This document shows positions 45,470 to 56,370 of a stretch of DNA of 64,000 bases, in pieces. The stretch lies in assembly GCA_963733675.1 (NCBI GenBank), contig CAVTET010000012.1, positions 1 to 64,000 of the forward strand, written 5' to 3'. This DNA is from an uncultured Methanosarcinaceae archaeon. Lineage in GTDB: Archaea; Halobacteriota; Methanosarcinia; Methanosarcinales; Methanosarcinaceae. Positions within the stretch are counted from its first letter, which is position 1. Every line of letters starts with the position of its first letter. The notes beneath the pieces were generated by a model that was not told the DNA's origin, did no database searches, and was given only the letters and a program-made list of their open reading frames with translations. Both the position numbers and the translations under genes were made by a program.

Positions 45470-46502
45470 AATCTATTTTTTTCTGCATTAAATTGGTTGA
45501 TACCTTTGCAGTATTCTCGAGCAGCTTAAAAGCAATATCCTGACCTAGCCAGAAAGCCAGCACGCAATCGGATTCGAATACTTTATGCAATCCCCATGAA
45601 TGGAAAAAGCCGGTTCAAGCTTTTTTTATGGCATCTGGAGTCTCGAATTCAGTTATAATTTTTTGCATGTACTTCTTTTGCTTCCAGGCATTAATTCCAT
45701 ATTTTTCATTGATAATACTTATAAGACTGAAACTATCGGTTCTCAGTATTCCGATTTCGACAGAAGTATTTGAATCTTCCAGTACTTTTCTGTCCAGAAG
45801 GTCCAAATAGGAAGGATTTCCAGCATACTCGAATCCGATGACATTGATAGGTGTCTCACATATAAGCTTATATTTCAATGGGGAGTACAGATGAATCTCT
45901 ATGTCTGCTCTCTGTTGCAGAGCATAGGTAGGAGCAGTTGTAAGAGCTGAGATGATGTCCGCGTCAGAAAACTCAATCTTATCAGTTAATCCTAGGCTGA
46001 TTTCATCCAGAGCTATAACTTTAATCTTAAAATTTTTTGCTGTTTAAAATGCCTGTTTAATGAACTTCATAATACTCTGCGCAAGGATATGATACGCGTC
46101 TAAAAAGGCTGTTGTTCCGAATGTCTGAAGGTACAGATCTGTTGGACCTGCAGTACAAACTCTAACTCCAAGAGTCTTGTCGGTCTCTTTTTTGTATTGT
46201 TTTACAACCTCATCAATTATTTCCAGCTCAAAGATCTTTGCATTTTCTTATATTAGCACGTAAGGTTCATAACAATTCTTCTCATCTTTTATGATATCCA
46301 GGAACTGACCTATCATATCTCTAAATTAAGGATATATAGGAACGTGCACTCCCACATCAATTTTTCTCTGAAAAGCCTCCCTTATAATGGGAAAGAGTTT
46401 TTTATCTTCATTTCGATTTTCAGCTGCAGCTTTTCCCCACTCCCTAGTAATACCCTAAGGTGTGGGAAGGCTGCCTTCATCGATAAAAATAATCTCCTGC
46501 AT
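45470..46502 (-). pseudogene. Methionine synthase-like (MetE core/methylcobamide type) protein
   Basis: MQEIIFIDEGSLPTP*..VPIYP*FRDMIGQF, VCTAGP, LDEISLG, EIHLYSPL and NP/DC fragments; several stops and indels. Confidence 0.75.
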
Positions 46503-46505
46503 GCC

Positions 46506-46551
46506 TGGTATATAAAACAGATGACGTTTGGTATATAAAACAGATGACGTT
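46506..46551. repeat. 23-bp exact tandem duplication
   Basis: TGGTATATAAAACAGATGACGTT twice. Confidence 0.85.
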
Positions 46552-46587
46552 TTATAGTTATTGCAATTACTCAACGCTAAAGTGTAA

Positions 46588-46607
46588 ATATCCTAAATTT
46601 AGGATAT
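46588..46607. promoter_or_regulatory. Perfect 20-bp palindrome, candidate operator
   Basis: ATATCCTAAA/TTTAGGATAT, about 85 bp upstream of the methionine-synthase-like pseudogene. Confidence 0.4.
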
Positions 46608-47751
46608 AATAACAATTTATGTAAGGGCATTTTTATTTAAGATTAAGAAATCGAACTAAGAATCAGTAGCAATAAACTTCTTGTTTTCTAAAAGTCTCAA
46701 CTGTTTAAGGCTAATTGAGGTGACAACGTCTATTATCATCGATTTTTACTTTAATCAAGAAGTCCTATGCAGAAAGAAAAAGGAAAGAGTTAGCAAAGAA
46801 AACCTGGGAAATTGAAGATTATCATAGAGGATTAAAATCGTTTTGTGGGGTAGAACTCTGCCAGGCCAGGAAAGATAACGTACAGAGAGTACTCTTCAAT
46901 CAATTGTGTGGTACGAATATACCCCGTTGCTGCAGTGAGGTTCACCATCACAATTTTGATTAGACAGTTAAAATTAGCGAAGTAATGAGACTTTATAGAT
47001 ACCAGTGTGACTCTTAACACAAAATTATATTAAATTTTTATCTCAGAAGAGGTCTCAAATATTAATATTTTTTAGGAGTAGCTGCATGCAAACATATTAG
47101 TTAATTTTTCCTAGACGAACTTTTTGCTATTTGTAATAAATTAATTTCGGTTACCAAGCTTTAGAGTAATATTCTAAGAAATATAGAGCTTAGAAAGATG
47201 AATTTTAAAATTGGACAAAGATTTTCTGGTGCGAATTCTATTCTCAAATTGATCGAATTTTTTTGCAAAAATGTTTTGAAAAACAGGATATATTTTCGAT
47301 GTCATGAGCATATCAAATCTGCTTATTTTTAAGTCTGAGATACCTGTTAATAAGCATTTTTAGCCCTTCATAGTAGGGTACACAAATTTCATGCTGTCTG
47401 GTAGTATGAAATTTTTGGTGATCAGGGGTAAATATTTATATTTTAAAGTCCAAAATTATAAAAATATGTTAGGTTATGAATTTGTTAAACACATACTGTA
47501 TAACTATATTTATCCTTAAGGGCTAGATTTTGATTTTCTATTAATGTGGCTACTTGATATTTAGTAATTGTTTTTTTCATTAATCTTTGAATTTAGTCCT
47601 TATTGACACATGTTTTTAGCTTCTAAATGTAGCAAAAAAATTAATAAGTATAAACTCCAATTAACTATTTGATTTACTACAATAAGGACATTTTAGTTAT
47701 GAGAAAATTTTGAGCCACTTGTAATTTTAAAAAGGCAAAGAGGAAATCCGT

Positions 47752-48867
47752 TTGATAGTCAGAAAAAATATTTCGATTGATCAGTGCTACGTGGATAAAT
47801 TAAAGCCCTTTCTTGAAAAAAATGACGGAAATCTAAGTGCGGCAATAAGGGATGCTATAGAAACTGCCTCTCTGACTTTGGCTGGGAAAACAGGTGAAAA
47901 TGGAGACAACCCTTCAACTAAAGATTTACACTATGCTGAATTTCGAAATAAGTTAATTGAAGAAAAGGAGTTTCTGCTTGTCCATCACACCCTGCTTGAA
48001 TGGCTTATTAAAAAAACGTCGGGACTATTGATGGATGAATCTATTATATACGAACTAATTAATCCTTATAAAGTTAAAAGAATTCCTGATATTGTCAATT
48101 ATCTAAACTCGCTCAATGAGAAAATTGGCTGGAAAATTAAGTTTAATGTGGAATGTGATCAAGATCTTGAGCCTGAAGCTGCAAATCTTACTCTCTCAAA
48201 TGGAAATTCCTGTTTTCGGGAAGTAATGGCTCATAGCCTTGCTCTTTTTATGGCAAAACAGATGAAACTTGATGTCCAAGGATTATTCAGCAAATCCAAC
48301 GTAACAAACGTGTACTTTAAGAGGTTTGAATTCCTTGATCATCAAAAAGTTCCGAAGGGTTTAGAGGACCACTTTGGGCCAATGGAAAGTACTTTCAGGG
48401 AAGTCCAGAAAAGACCAGATTTCTGGAAAAACCTCATCAAAACATACAGGCAGCAGAACTACCAGCGGCTCAGTATAAACAGGAGGATTTTTGAAGCATT
48501 TATCTCCGGAAATATCCCTTCAGTAGCTGAAATGACACGAAATTTTGAATTAGCTGTAGGCAAGCCACCGGCCGCTTTCACTCTTGCCGAGAACATTAAA
48601 ATTTTCAAAGAACTTTACCTTACTGATGGTATCGGAACTGATATTGAAATTTGCACTGAAAAGGGGGGTGAATATGTAAAATTGATCCATGACTATTCAA
48701 ATCGAAAAGTGTGTGAATGTATTAAATTGTATTATCTAAATATTTTTAAGTCAATTGGTCATCCTTTTACAACCACTACCAATCACCACATGATCGTGTT
48801 CGAATTCGTGGAGGGCTTTTGTCCGACCTCTATCTCTGAGTCTGAAATAATTGGTATTGAGTCCTAA
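47752..48867 (+). CDS. Hypothetical protein with N-terminal RHH-like segment
   Basis: Intact 371-aa ORF with GAGG RBS; VRKNISID...GNLSAAIRDAIE. Confidence 0.8.
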   Translation: MIVRKNISIDQCYVDKLKPFLEKNDGNLSAAIRDAIETASLTLAGKTGENGDNPSTKDLHYAEFRNKLIEEKEFLLVHHTLLEWLIKKTSGLLMDESIIYELINPYKVKRIPDIVNYLNSLNEKIGWKIKFNVECDQDLEPEAANLTLSNGNSCFREVMAHSLALFMAKQMKLDVQGLFSKSNVTNVYFKRFEFLDHQKVPKGLEDHFGPMESTFREVQKRPDFWKNLIKTYRQQNYQRLSINRRIFEAFISGNIPSVAEMTRNFELAVGKPPAAFTLAENIKIFKELYLTDGIGTDIEICTEKGGEYVKLIHDYSNRKVCECIKLYYLNIFKSIGHPFTTTTNHHMIVFEFVEGFCPTSISESEIIGIES

Positions 48868-48935
48868 ACTGATTGATTTTCTGATCATTCGCATCATATA
48901 AATACATTCATATATGAAGTTTCAGATCCTCTTTC

Positions 48936-49502
48936 ATGAATGATGTGATTTTGCTCTGGGACAGCCCTCTTCTTTTTGAAAAACTGTTTTTGGAATATGG
49001 GCTTAATTGCAGTCGTGTGCTTTCAACATCTCTTGGTACACCTTATCTTCCTGCTTGTAAATTTATAATTTTGCCAACAGGTTTTGCAAATAACCAATAT
49101 ACAAAAACAGGTACATGGCTTGAGCAGGGCAAACAATTCCTTGAAAAATTTGTCACAAAAGGAGGAATACTGCTGGTATTTGGTCCTCTAATCCCAGAAT
49201 ATGGGTACGAATGGCTTCCTTTTTCTCTTAAGTACGTAATGGAAGAAAACTCATGCACTCCTCAGCCTTTGGGTGAAAATTCTGCTCAAAAACTTGTGAA
49301 AAATATAGTGCTTCCTTTGGGATGTGACGGTTATTTTGCAGAAACGGATGCTGATGTGGCACTCAAGGATAACATTGGAAGGCCTATTATGGTCGTAAAA
49401 GAAATCGGTGACGGAATGATTGTTGCAACCACAATACATGAATTGCCTTCAGCTGAGTTTTTTGAGTGCAGGTGTGCATGTACGAAAAAGGGAAAAGCCT
49501 GA
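48936..49502 (+). CDS. Hypothetical protein (GATase-like fold possible)
   Basis: Intact 188 aa; IILPTGF..FVTKGGILLVFG..IGDGMIVATTIHE. Confidence 0.75.
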   Translation: MNDVILLWDSPLLFEKLFLEYGLNCSRVLSTSLGTPYLPACKFIILPTGFANNQYTKTGTWLEQGKQFLEKFVTKGGILLVFGPLIPEYGYEWLPFSLKYVMEENSCTPQPLGENSAQKLVKNIVLPLGCDGYFAETDADVALKDNIGRPIMVVKEIGDGMIVATTIHELPSAEFFECRCACTKKGKA

Positions 49503-49532
49503 AAACAGAAAGATTCATTTTTTATAAAATAA

Positions 49533-50385
49533 GGTTCCGTTGCAAAAACTTCAGAATAAGCATTAAATCTATGAGTATAAAAAAGTCAACCGATCCGAGA
49601 GAAATATGCCAACATTATAAAATAATACCAAACAACTGATCAATATATTTGACTTCATTAAAAACAGAGTAATTTAGATTATTGACTTGTCTTTTTTTAA
49701 CCATATTCATAGCTTCAATTCCTTTTAAAGTCTTACTAGCATAGTAAAAAAACTGAAAACCTAGCATTGGAACAATTATCCGCTTTATAGATCGATGATC
49801 TTGTTAAAATAATGTTATTCAAATACCTGGTTTGTCTAATTTCAATATTTTTAAACAAGTTCTTCTCATTTTCCAGTTCATCTATAGCAGATGGATAAGC
49901 TGGATTCTTATCAACGGTTATTACTCATGGAATTTGGTTGTGATTAGAACTCAAAGCTTTCTTAAAGAATTCTTTGCTGCTTTTCTATCTCGTTTTGAGC
50001 TTAACATGAAATCAATTGTGTCTCCATCTGAGTCAACTGCTCGGTAAAGATATTTCCATTTACCTTTTACTTTGATATAGGTTTCATCAACTCTCCATGA
50101 ACCATTTGTTGGTCTTAAATGCCTTCTTACCCTCTTTTCTATCTCAGGTGAATATTGATGTACACATCTCATGATTGTTATATGGTCGACTTTTATTCCT
50201 CTTTCTGCCATCATTTCCTTTAAATTTCTATAGTTCAATGGATATATTAAGTACCATCTTACTGTTTGCAGAATGATTTCGCCTACAAAGTGTTTCCATT
50301 TAAAGGTGTTTAATGGCATATTATATACTCTTAAATTTATATTTATTTCATAGTATCGATCTCATATTTTTTTTGCAACGGAACC
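49533..50385 (-). mobile_element. IS6-family element (divergent variant), transposase pseudogene
   Basis: IRs GGTTCCGTTGCAAAAA / TTTTTGCAACGGAACC; MPLNTFKWKHF N-terminus with frameshifts and stops. Confidence 0.92.
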
Positions 50386-50889
50386 AACATCTATCTCGGT
50401 TCTGAATTTTAGTTTTATCGTATGTAACTGGTTACGATTTGGTTACAGTCGCTGATTAAAAATTAATATCAAAGTTAAAGTCAAAATCAGTATAATTTTT
50501 TTTAGTCAGTCTCCATTTTTGGAAAAATAATAAAATTTTATCCAGATTTAATAGATGAGTTACATATTTCAGAACAGTTTACCCACTTATATCTATTTTT
50601 TATATAAATTTACGATTTTAGCCAGAATTATTGATAGTTATCATCTTGAAGTTACCCATACTTGGATTTTGCCCTCATCTTGTTAAAAAAAAATATTCTT
50701 TTCTGATCGCATATTCCCAAAAATAAATCTATAAATGATACCTAGGGTATCATTAAGAAATAAACGAATCCAAGAACGAAAAAGTGCTGTGGAAAAAGAT
50801 GTAATAAATAATAGAATATATTTGAACCAGAACAACAGGAAAAGGTGAGTGGAAAAAAGTTAAAAAAGAAGTAATTATTTCAATTAAGT

Positions 50890-51246
50890 ATTGAATTTAG
50901 TTATTCTGTTTAGATAAAACTCCTTTTTTTGTACCAAGCATATGAATCCTGCGAGTTAATTTCAATTACTTTGTTATAGGCTTTCATTGCTTCATCACAT
51001 TTAGTTAAAGCAGCCCCTTTCTTGCTCCAAGCCTTTATTGTACCAAGCACATGAATCATGTGGTTTAATTTGGATTGCTTTGTCACAGGCTGTTATTGTA
51101 TCATCAAACTTGCTTAATTTTGCTATATTGACTCCTTTACTGATCCAAGTACCTGAATCTTGCGTAGCGCCTGCAATACTTACCAGCACTAAAGCTATAG
51201 TTATTGAAACTAAGGCTATCGAGCATAACTTTTGCTTATTGATCAT
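50890..51246 (-). pseudogene. Signal-peptide + TPR paralog relic
   Basis: CDKAIQIKPHDSCAWYNKG, then DEAMKAYNKVIEINSQDSYAWYKKG after a stop. Confidence 0.7.
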
Positions 51247-52589
51247 TTATTCCCCCAGTCCTTCACTAAGTAAATGTGGATAAATAGTATAAAATATAAC
51301 TATTAATACACTAATGAGATTATTAACTGAAATACTTAATAATTAATAATTCATAACGACTATAAAAACGTATTTGACAATACAAAAGTAAATGTTAAAT
51401 TTAAAATAGTATCTGTAGGAAACCAATTATTTAATGCAGTTGTTTTAATAAAATCTACTTATTAATTACTAAATTTTATTAAAAATAACCTACAATTTGG
51501 ACTGAAATTGAGAAAATGTATAGATTTTGTCACAAAAAAACTCTGCATTTAGGAAATCCGGAGATTTTTAAGATAAAAATTATGCATAAAAAATAAAAAA
51601 TTATGTTTTCATGATAATGATAAAGGATAAAAAGGCAATTGGAATTTACAGAACTTTCGATACACTGTTATTCGATTAATTAGTTTATAAGTTATCTTTC
51701 TAAATGAAGCTCTAAAGTACTGCCCGCATATTATTTAGTTCTCATTGTTCCCACCATTTTCCCCTCCGCTTCCTAAAATGCCCAAAATATTTACTATTTT
51801 CATGTTCCTTACATCTTTATGTTGACCGCTTGAGAATATAATCTCTTTGGGGAGACTAGACTATTCAATGAAATAACAATATTCAAATTGTTTCATTTTG
51901 TTTACTCCACTCTATTTTTGAATATCTTTACTTCAAGCTAATTTCATATTGGTTGGTTATGAAGCATGTGCAATTTTCTATAAAATTTATTTCCCATCCC
52001 TTAGTCTTTTTTTCTTACCACTGTTCTATAATTATTATACTTATGTACTGTAATCTATTTCCATTTATATCGATGGGTATTGTCGATGTTTTTAATAAAT
52101 TATGATTCTATAATTTATCGGAATATACAAATTTCAACCGATTACTTACCCATTAAATACAAAAAAAAGTATTAGAAACCCATAGATAAAAAGTAGTATA
52201 CTGAAAGGTCTGTAAAAATGATTTTTCGCCATCCATTTCTTTCATTACAAAAAAGGATTTCTTGGTTTCCACTGATGCATAGTTTTATATAAAATAGACT
52301 ATATTTAATTAACGAATTAACATTCAAAGATTGATCAAGAAGAACAGAAGGTTAAATATTAAGTTACTTCTTAAAAATTTAAATATAAAAAAGCCCTAGT
52401 GGAAGTTCTGGTAACTATACAGCTTAAAGGCCAGTTCAGTATACACGGCAGGCCAGGAGTAGGGTAATGGCCCTAGCAGGGTAAATGATCCTAGTAGGGT
52501 AAAAAAGGCAACAGCTTAAAGGCCAGTAAAGTACTCAAGGTAGGTCAGTAAGTTGTCAATGATTCCTCACCATTGAGGTATTGTTACAC

Positions 52590-53205
52590 TTATGGTTTTT
52601 TAAAAAGATTCGGATACTTTTCTTTTAATGGTATGAGAAGTTTATCATCTAAACTTGCATTATAAAGTGTTTTCACTTCAGACAACTGATTAATTGTTAG
52701 ATTTTTTGCTTCAATTAGGTCAATGTTTACTAGGTACGCATTCGCAAGTTTAGTATATTGAAGATTAGCTCCTGAAAATTTAGCATCTTCAAGATTAGCT
52801 TCAGAAAGATAAGCTGCTTGAAGGTTAGCCCCTCCGAAAATTGCCCCTTGAAGATGAGCTTGAAGGTTAGCCCATCTGAGGTCAGCCATCAAAAAGTTAG
52901 CTTTTTGAAGGGGTTAATCCCTACTAAAATTGCCTGTTTAAGGGTAGAGACTCTAAAGTTGGCTCCTGACAGATGAGCGCCTCGAAGGTTAGTCTGTTCC
53001 ATCTTAGCGCCTTCAAAGATAACTCCGGTACCATAAACATATTCCAAGTCAGCAGAACCGAGATCACGTCCAAGAAATTACATCCGGTTAAGTTACATCC
53101 AATTCAATCAACCCCTCTAAGGTTAGCATTATGATAGTCCTGATCCACTACAAGAGCCTCATTTTCGTCACCCCCGGAGCCATGTACTTTTAAGTTATTA
53201 TCCAA
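52590..53205 (-). pseudogene. Pentapeptide-repeat protein, frameshifted
   Basis: ANL repeats and the same C-terminus as 316-1191 (LTINQLSEVKTLYNASLDDKLLIPLKEKYP); upstream part fragmented; GGAG RBS near 53215. Confidence 0.75.
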
Positions 53206-53625
53206 CCTATTCAACTCCTTTAAAATTAGCTCCGCGATAATCGGTTCTTTTTTGAGCATTCATTTACAATTAATAGTTTTTGAACTAACAAAGACATTAC
53301 TATGCTAGTAAAACATCTTGTGCTATTAGTTTTTGAGTTTTTAAAATAGGGTAAACGAAAGAGCTTCCCCGGGGACAGTAAACAATTTATCTCAAAGACC
53401 CCGAAACCCGCAAAAAGAGAGTACTGAATGTGTTTATATAGATACATATTTAAAATAATTAATACTTTTGGCAGCTCAAAAATCGTTCAGTTCCCTTAAA
53501 ACTCAACCAAAAATCCCCTGACTTTTTACATCCGGCTTTTTTGAGTACTATCCTCAGTGGATTACATAGAACCTTAATTTCAACTCATATCAGATATATA
53601 AAACTGGATATATATTATGAAATAC

Positions 53626-53775
53626 GTTTCCGTTGCAAAAATAATATTTCTGCAATTTGACACTATAATTTTCACCTTTATGTGTCATTTTCTCCAGAAT
53701 TAAAATGATTAACTTCCCGAATTGTGATGTTTTTTAATGTTTTTGTGAAAAAGCCAGATTTTTTGCAACGGAACC
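53626..53775. mobile_element. 150-bp IS6-ended MITE
   Basis: GTTTCCGTTGCAAAAA ... TTTTTGCAACGGAACC with no coding capacity between. Confidence 0.8.
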
Positions 53776-53817
53776 AGCAAAAATAGCTACATTTTATCCG
53801 TGGCGGGTATGTAATAA

Positions 53818-53858
53818 TATTGATGCATAGTTTTTGTCACAAAAACTATGCATCAATA
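53818..53858. repeat. 41-bp inverted repeat with perfect 20-bp arms (member of a repeat family)
   Basis: TATTGATGCATAGTTTTTGT-C-ACAAAAACTATGCATCAATA; degenerate copies at ~35540, ~51515 and ~52272. Confidence 0.85.
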
Positions 53859-54299
53859 AAACCGAAAAATCCTATTTTTGTGATAAAGAAAAGTATGTTG
53901 AGTCGATTAGAAGCTTAGAATTTACAGAACCTTTGTACACTGTAGTACAAGATAGGACAATGTAAAAATGTTTTTAAGCACAAAGTTTGAATAAGAATGC
54001 GATTTCATAAATGACGATAACCAGTTACATACGGTCAAACAGAAGTTAATAACTCATAGATATATTGAATAGGTATATTTTGCTTGCTGTCTTGCAAAGT
54101 CATAGATTAAATATATGTTTATTATTTTACTGAAGAAATATTATTTAATTTTCAAGTAATAATAAACAATAGCTGCAAACAATAAAGATTTTTATGGTAG
54201 CTTCATTCAAACTAATTGGTCTGATGAGTAGATTCATAAACCTTCATCATCAAATTTTTCTTAATTAATAATCCATCAGAAATTTTGACTCATATATAA

Positions 54300-55199
54300 T
54301 TATTTATGAGGCTTCTCCGGCTTGTAGACCATGGTTCCGACTCCACAGTTGGTAAAGAGTTCAAGAAGCATGGAGTGAGAAAAGCTTCCGTTAATTATAT
54401 GTGCCCTCTCAACCCCGCTTTTTACTGCCATTGCAGCGCCCTTAATTTTAGGGATCATCCCTCCATGTATAATGCCCTCAGAGATGAGAAGATCTATATC
54501 ATCCAGAGTTACATGAGATATACGACTGCTTGGATCCTTTAGGTTTTTCAGAAGGCCTGAAACATCAGTCATCAGTATTAGTTTTTTGGCATGCAGAGCT
54601 GCAGCAATATCGCTTGCTACCGTATCAGCATTAATATTCAGAGCATTGCCCTTAGCGTCCACAGCGATGGGCGAGATAACCGGAATGTAACCTTTTTCAA
54701 GTACTATATAGAGAATGTCAGGATTAATGACTTCACTTTCTCCTACCCAGCCAATATCCACTTCTGTTTCAATACCTTCTACAATTACTTTCTTGGTAGC
54801 CTGCTTATGACCCAAGATCATTCTTCCGTCATATCCCGTAAGACCAATACCTTTTCCTCCTAAAACTCCGATTAAGGATACCATTTTGGTATTGATGTTT
54901 CCAACGAGAACCATCCTGGCAATTTCCATAGTTTCGTCATCTGTAATGCGGAGCCCCTGGTAAAATTCAGCCTTTTTACCCATCCGCTCCATTTTTTCCG
55001 TAATCTCAGGCCCGCCTCCATGTACTATGACGGGTTTGATTCCCACATAGCGTAGTAGTAGAATATCTTTAATTATATCCTCCAGTATCTGGCCGCTGAT
55101 CATTGCGTTTCCACCCACCTTGATAACCATTATTGAATCGTAAAATTCCTGCATATAAGGTAGGGCTTCAATGAGCACATTCTCTCTTTTAAGTTCCAT
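54300..55199 (-). CDS. argB: Acetylglutamate kinase
   Basis: EALPY, VIKVGGNAM, VHGGGPEI, GLRITD, NINADTVA and GGMIPK. Confidence 0.96.
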   Translation of the reverse strand: MELKRENVLIEALPYMQEFYDSIMVIKVGGNAMISGQILEDIIKDILLLRYVGIKPVIVHGGGPEITEKMERMGKKAEFYQGLRITDDETMEIARMVLVGNINTKMVSLIGVLGGKGIGLTGYDGRMILGHKQATKKVIVEGIETEVDIGWVGESEVINPDILYIVLEKGYIPVISPIAVDAKGNALNINADTVASDIAAALHAKKLILMTDVSGLLKNLKDPSSRISHVTLDDIDLLISEGIIHGGMIPKIKGAAMAVKSGVERAHIINGSFSHSMLLELFTNCGVGTMVYKPEKPHK

Positions 55200-56076
55200 G
55201 ATGTAAGAATCAGAAAATCTGTTTTTAAAATTATCGTTGCATGTCCTTAATCAAAGTTGCTGTGTTTCATCCAGTTGACAACAAAGAAGTATGCTCGCGC
55301 CCCAGCTATGGATATAAAGGAATCGTTTAGAATCAAATATTTCCATTTGCTTAGATCTCACTTTTGAAGACTTATACAAAAATGCCATCAATCTTCTTAA
55401 TATAGAAACAGATTAAAAACTAATTAATATTTTAATAATAATAGTAGGCAAATAGGCGAACTAATTCGATATATGTTTATATTTGCAGAATATAGATTAT
55501 GTGCTTTTTTCCACGGTTTCCCATATTTCAAACAGACTTTTTAAATTCTATCTGAAGTTGTCATATCACCAACAGTTTAATGTGACCTCCCTCACTCCTA
55601 AGTCACAACCCCATAATTTTTTTATCTCAAAGTAATCTTTTAAAATTTATCTTTATCTGATAATTTTTGTAATCTACCTAACTCTTGAAGGATAATATTT
55701 TGGCCTAGACCAACGAAAAGATATACCTGATCATTATCATTACCTGTTGTATCAAACTCAAAACAATATCTTCTATCAATTTCGAAGCATATATATATCG
55801 AATAATTGATGATTTCATTTTCTTAAAGAAATTTTTTCCCGATGCGCGTAGAAGTTTCCATTCATGCATCAAGCTGTGTAGTTTTCGGCTGGAATAAAAA
55901 TAAAAGTCAGCTATGTAAATAAACAAAGATAATACGGTCAGAACTCAAAAAGGGTAATGAAATAAGCCAGCTTGGATGGTATTAAGATTAAATACACTCC
56001 CAAGCTAATTCCTTTATGGATATCTAAAAGAGACGAAAAGAATCCAATTTAAAGGGTATATGATTGAAATTATATT

Positions 56077-56370
56077 TTACTCGATTTTGTCTATTTTATC
56101 TTTCTTGACAAAGGGCTTACTTATTTTCTCCGGCATCCAGCTAGGCCTGTTTTTTGGTGCTGCGACAAGTTCCTTCCATGCCTTAAAAACGTGCACTTTC
56201 TTTGTCCCGCGTTCCCTGAGTCGGATAGTATCAGGTTTGGATTTGGTCCCAGTTCCCCTGTTTGCAGCTTTCAAGGCAGCTTGTCTGGGTTGTTTTCCAG
56301 TGAAAACTCCATGCTCATTGCCTTCTTCATCTCGTAAAACAAAATTTCTTGTGTCGGATATAAAGGTCAC
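56077..56370 (-). CDS. Non-histone chromosomal protein MC1
   Basis: SDTRNFVLRDEEGNEHGVFTGKQPRQAALKAANRG...RLRERGTKKVHVF...WMPEKISKPFV. The expected start codon reads ATA (56361). Confidence 0.93.
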   Translation of the reverse strand: MTFISDTRNFVLRDEEGNEHGVFTGKQPRQAALKAANRGTGTKSKPDTIRLRERGTKKVHVFKAWKELVAAPKNRPSWMPEKISKPFVKKDKIDKIE

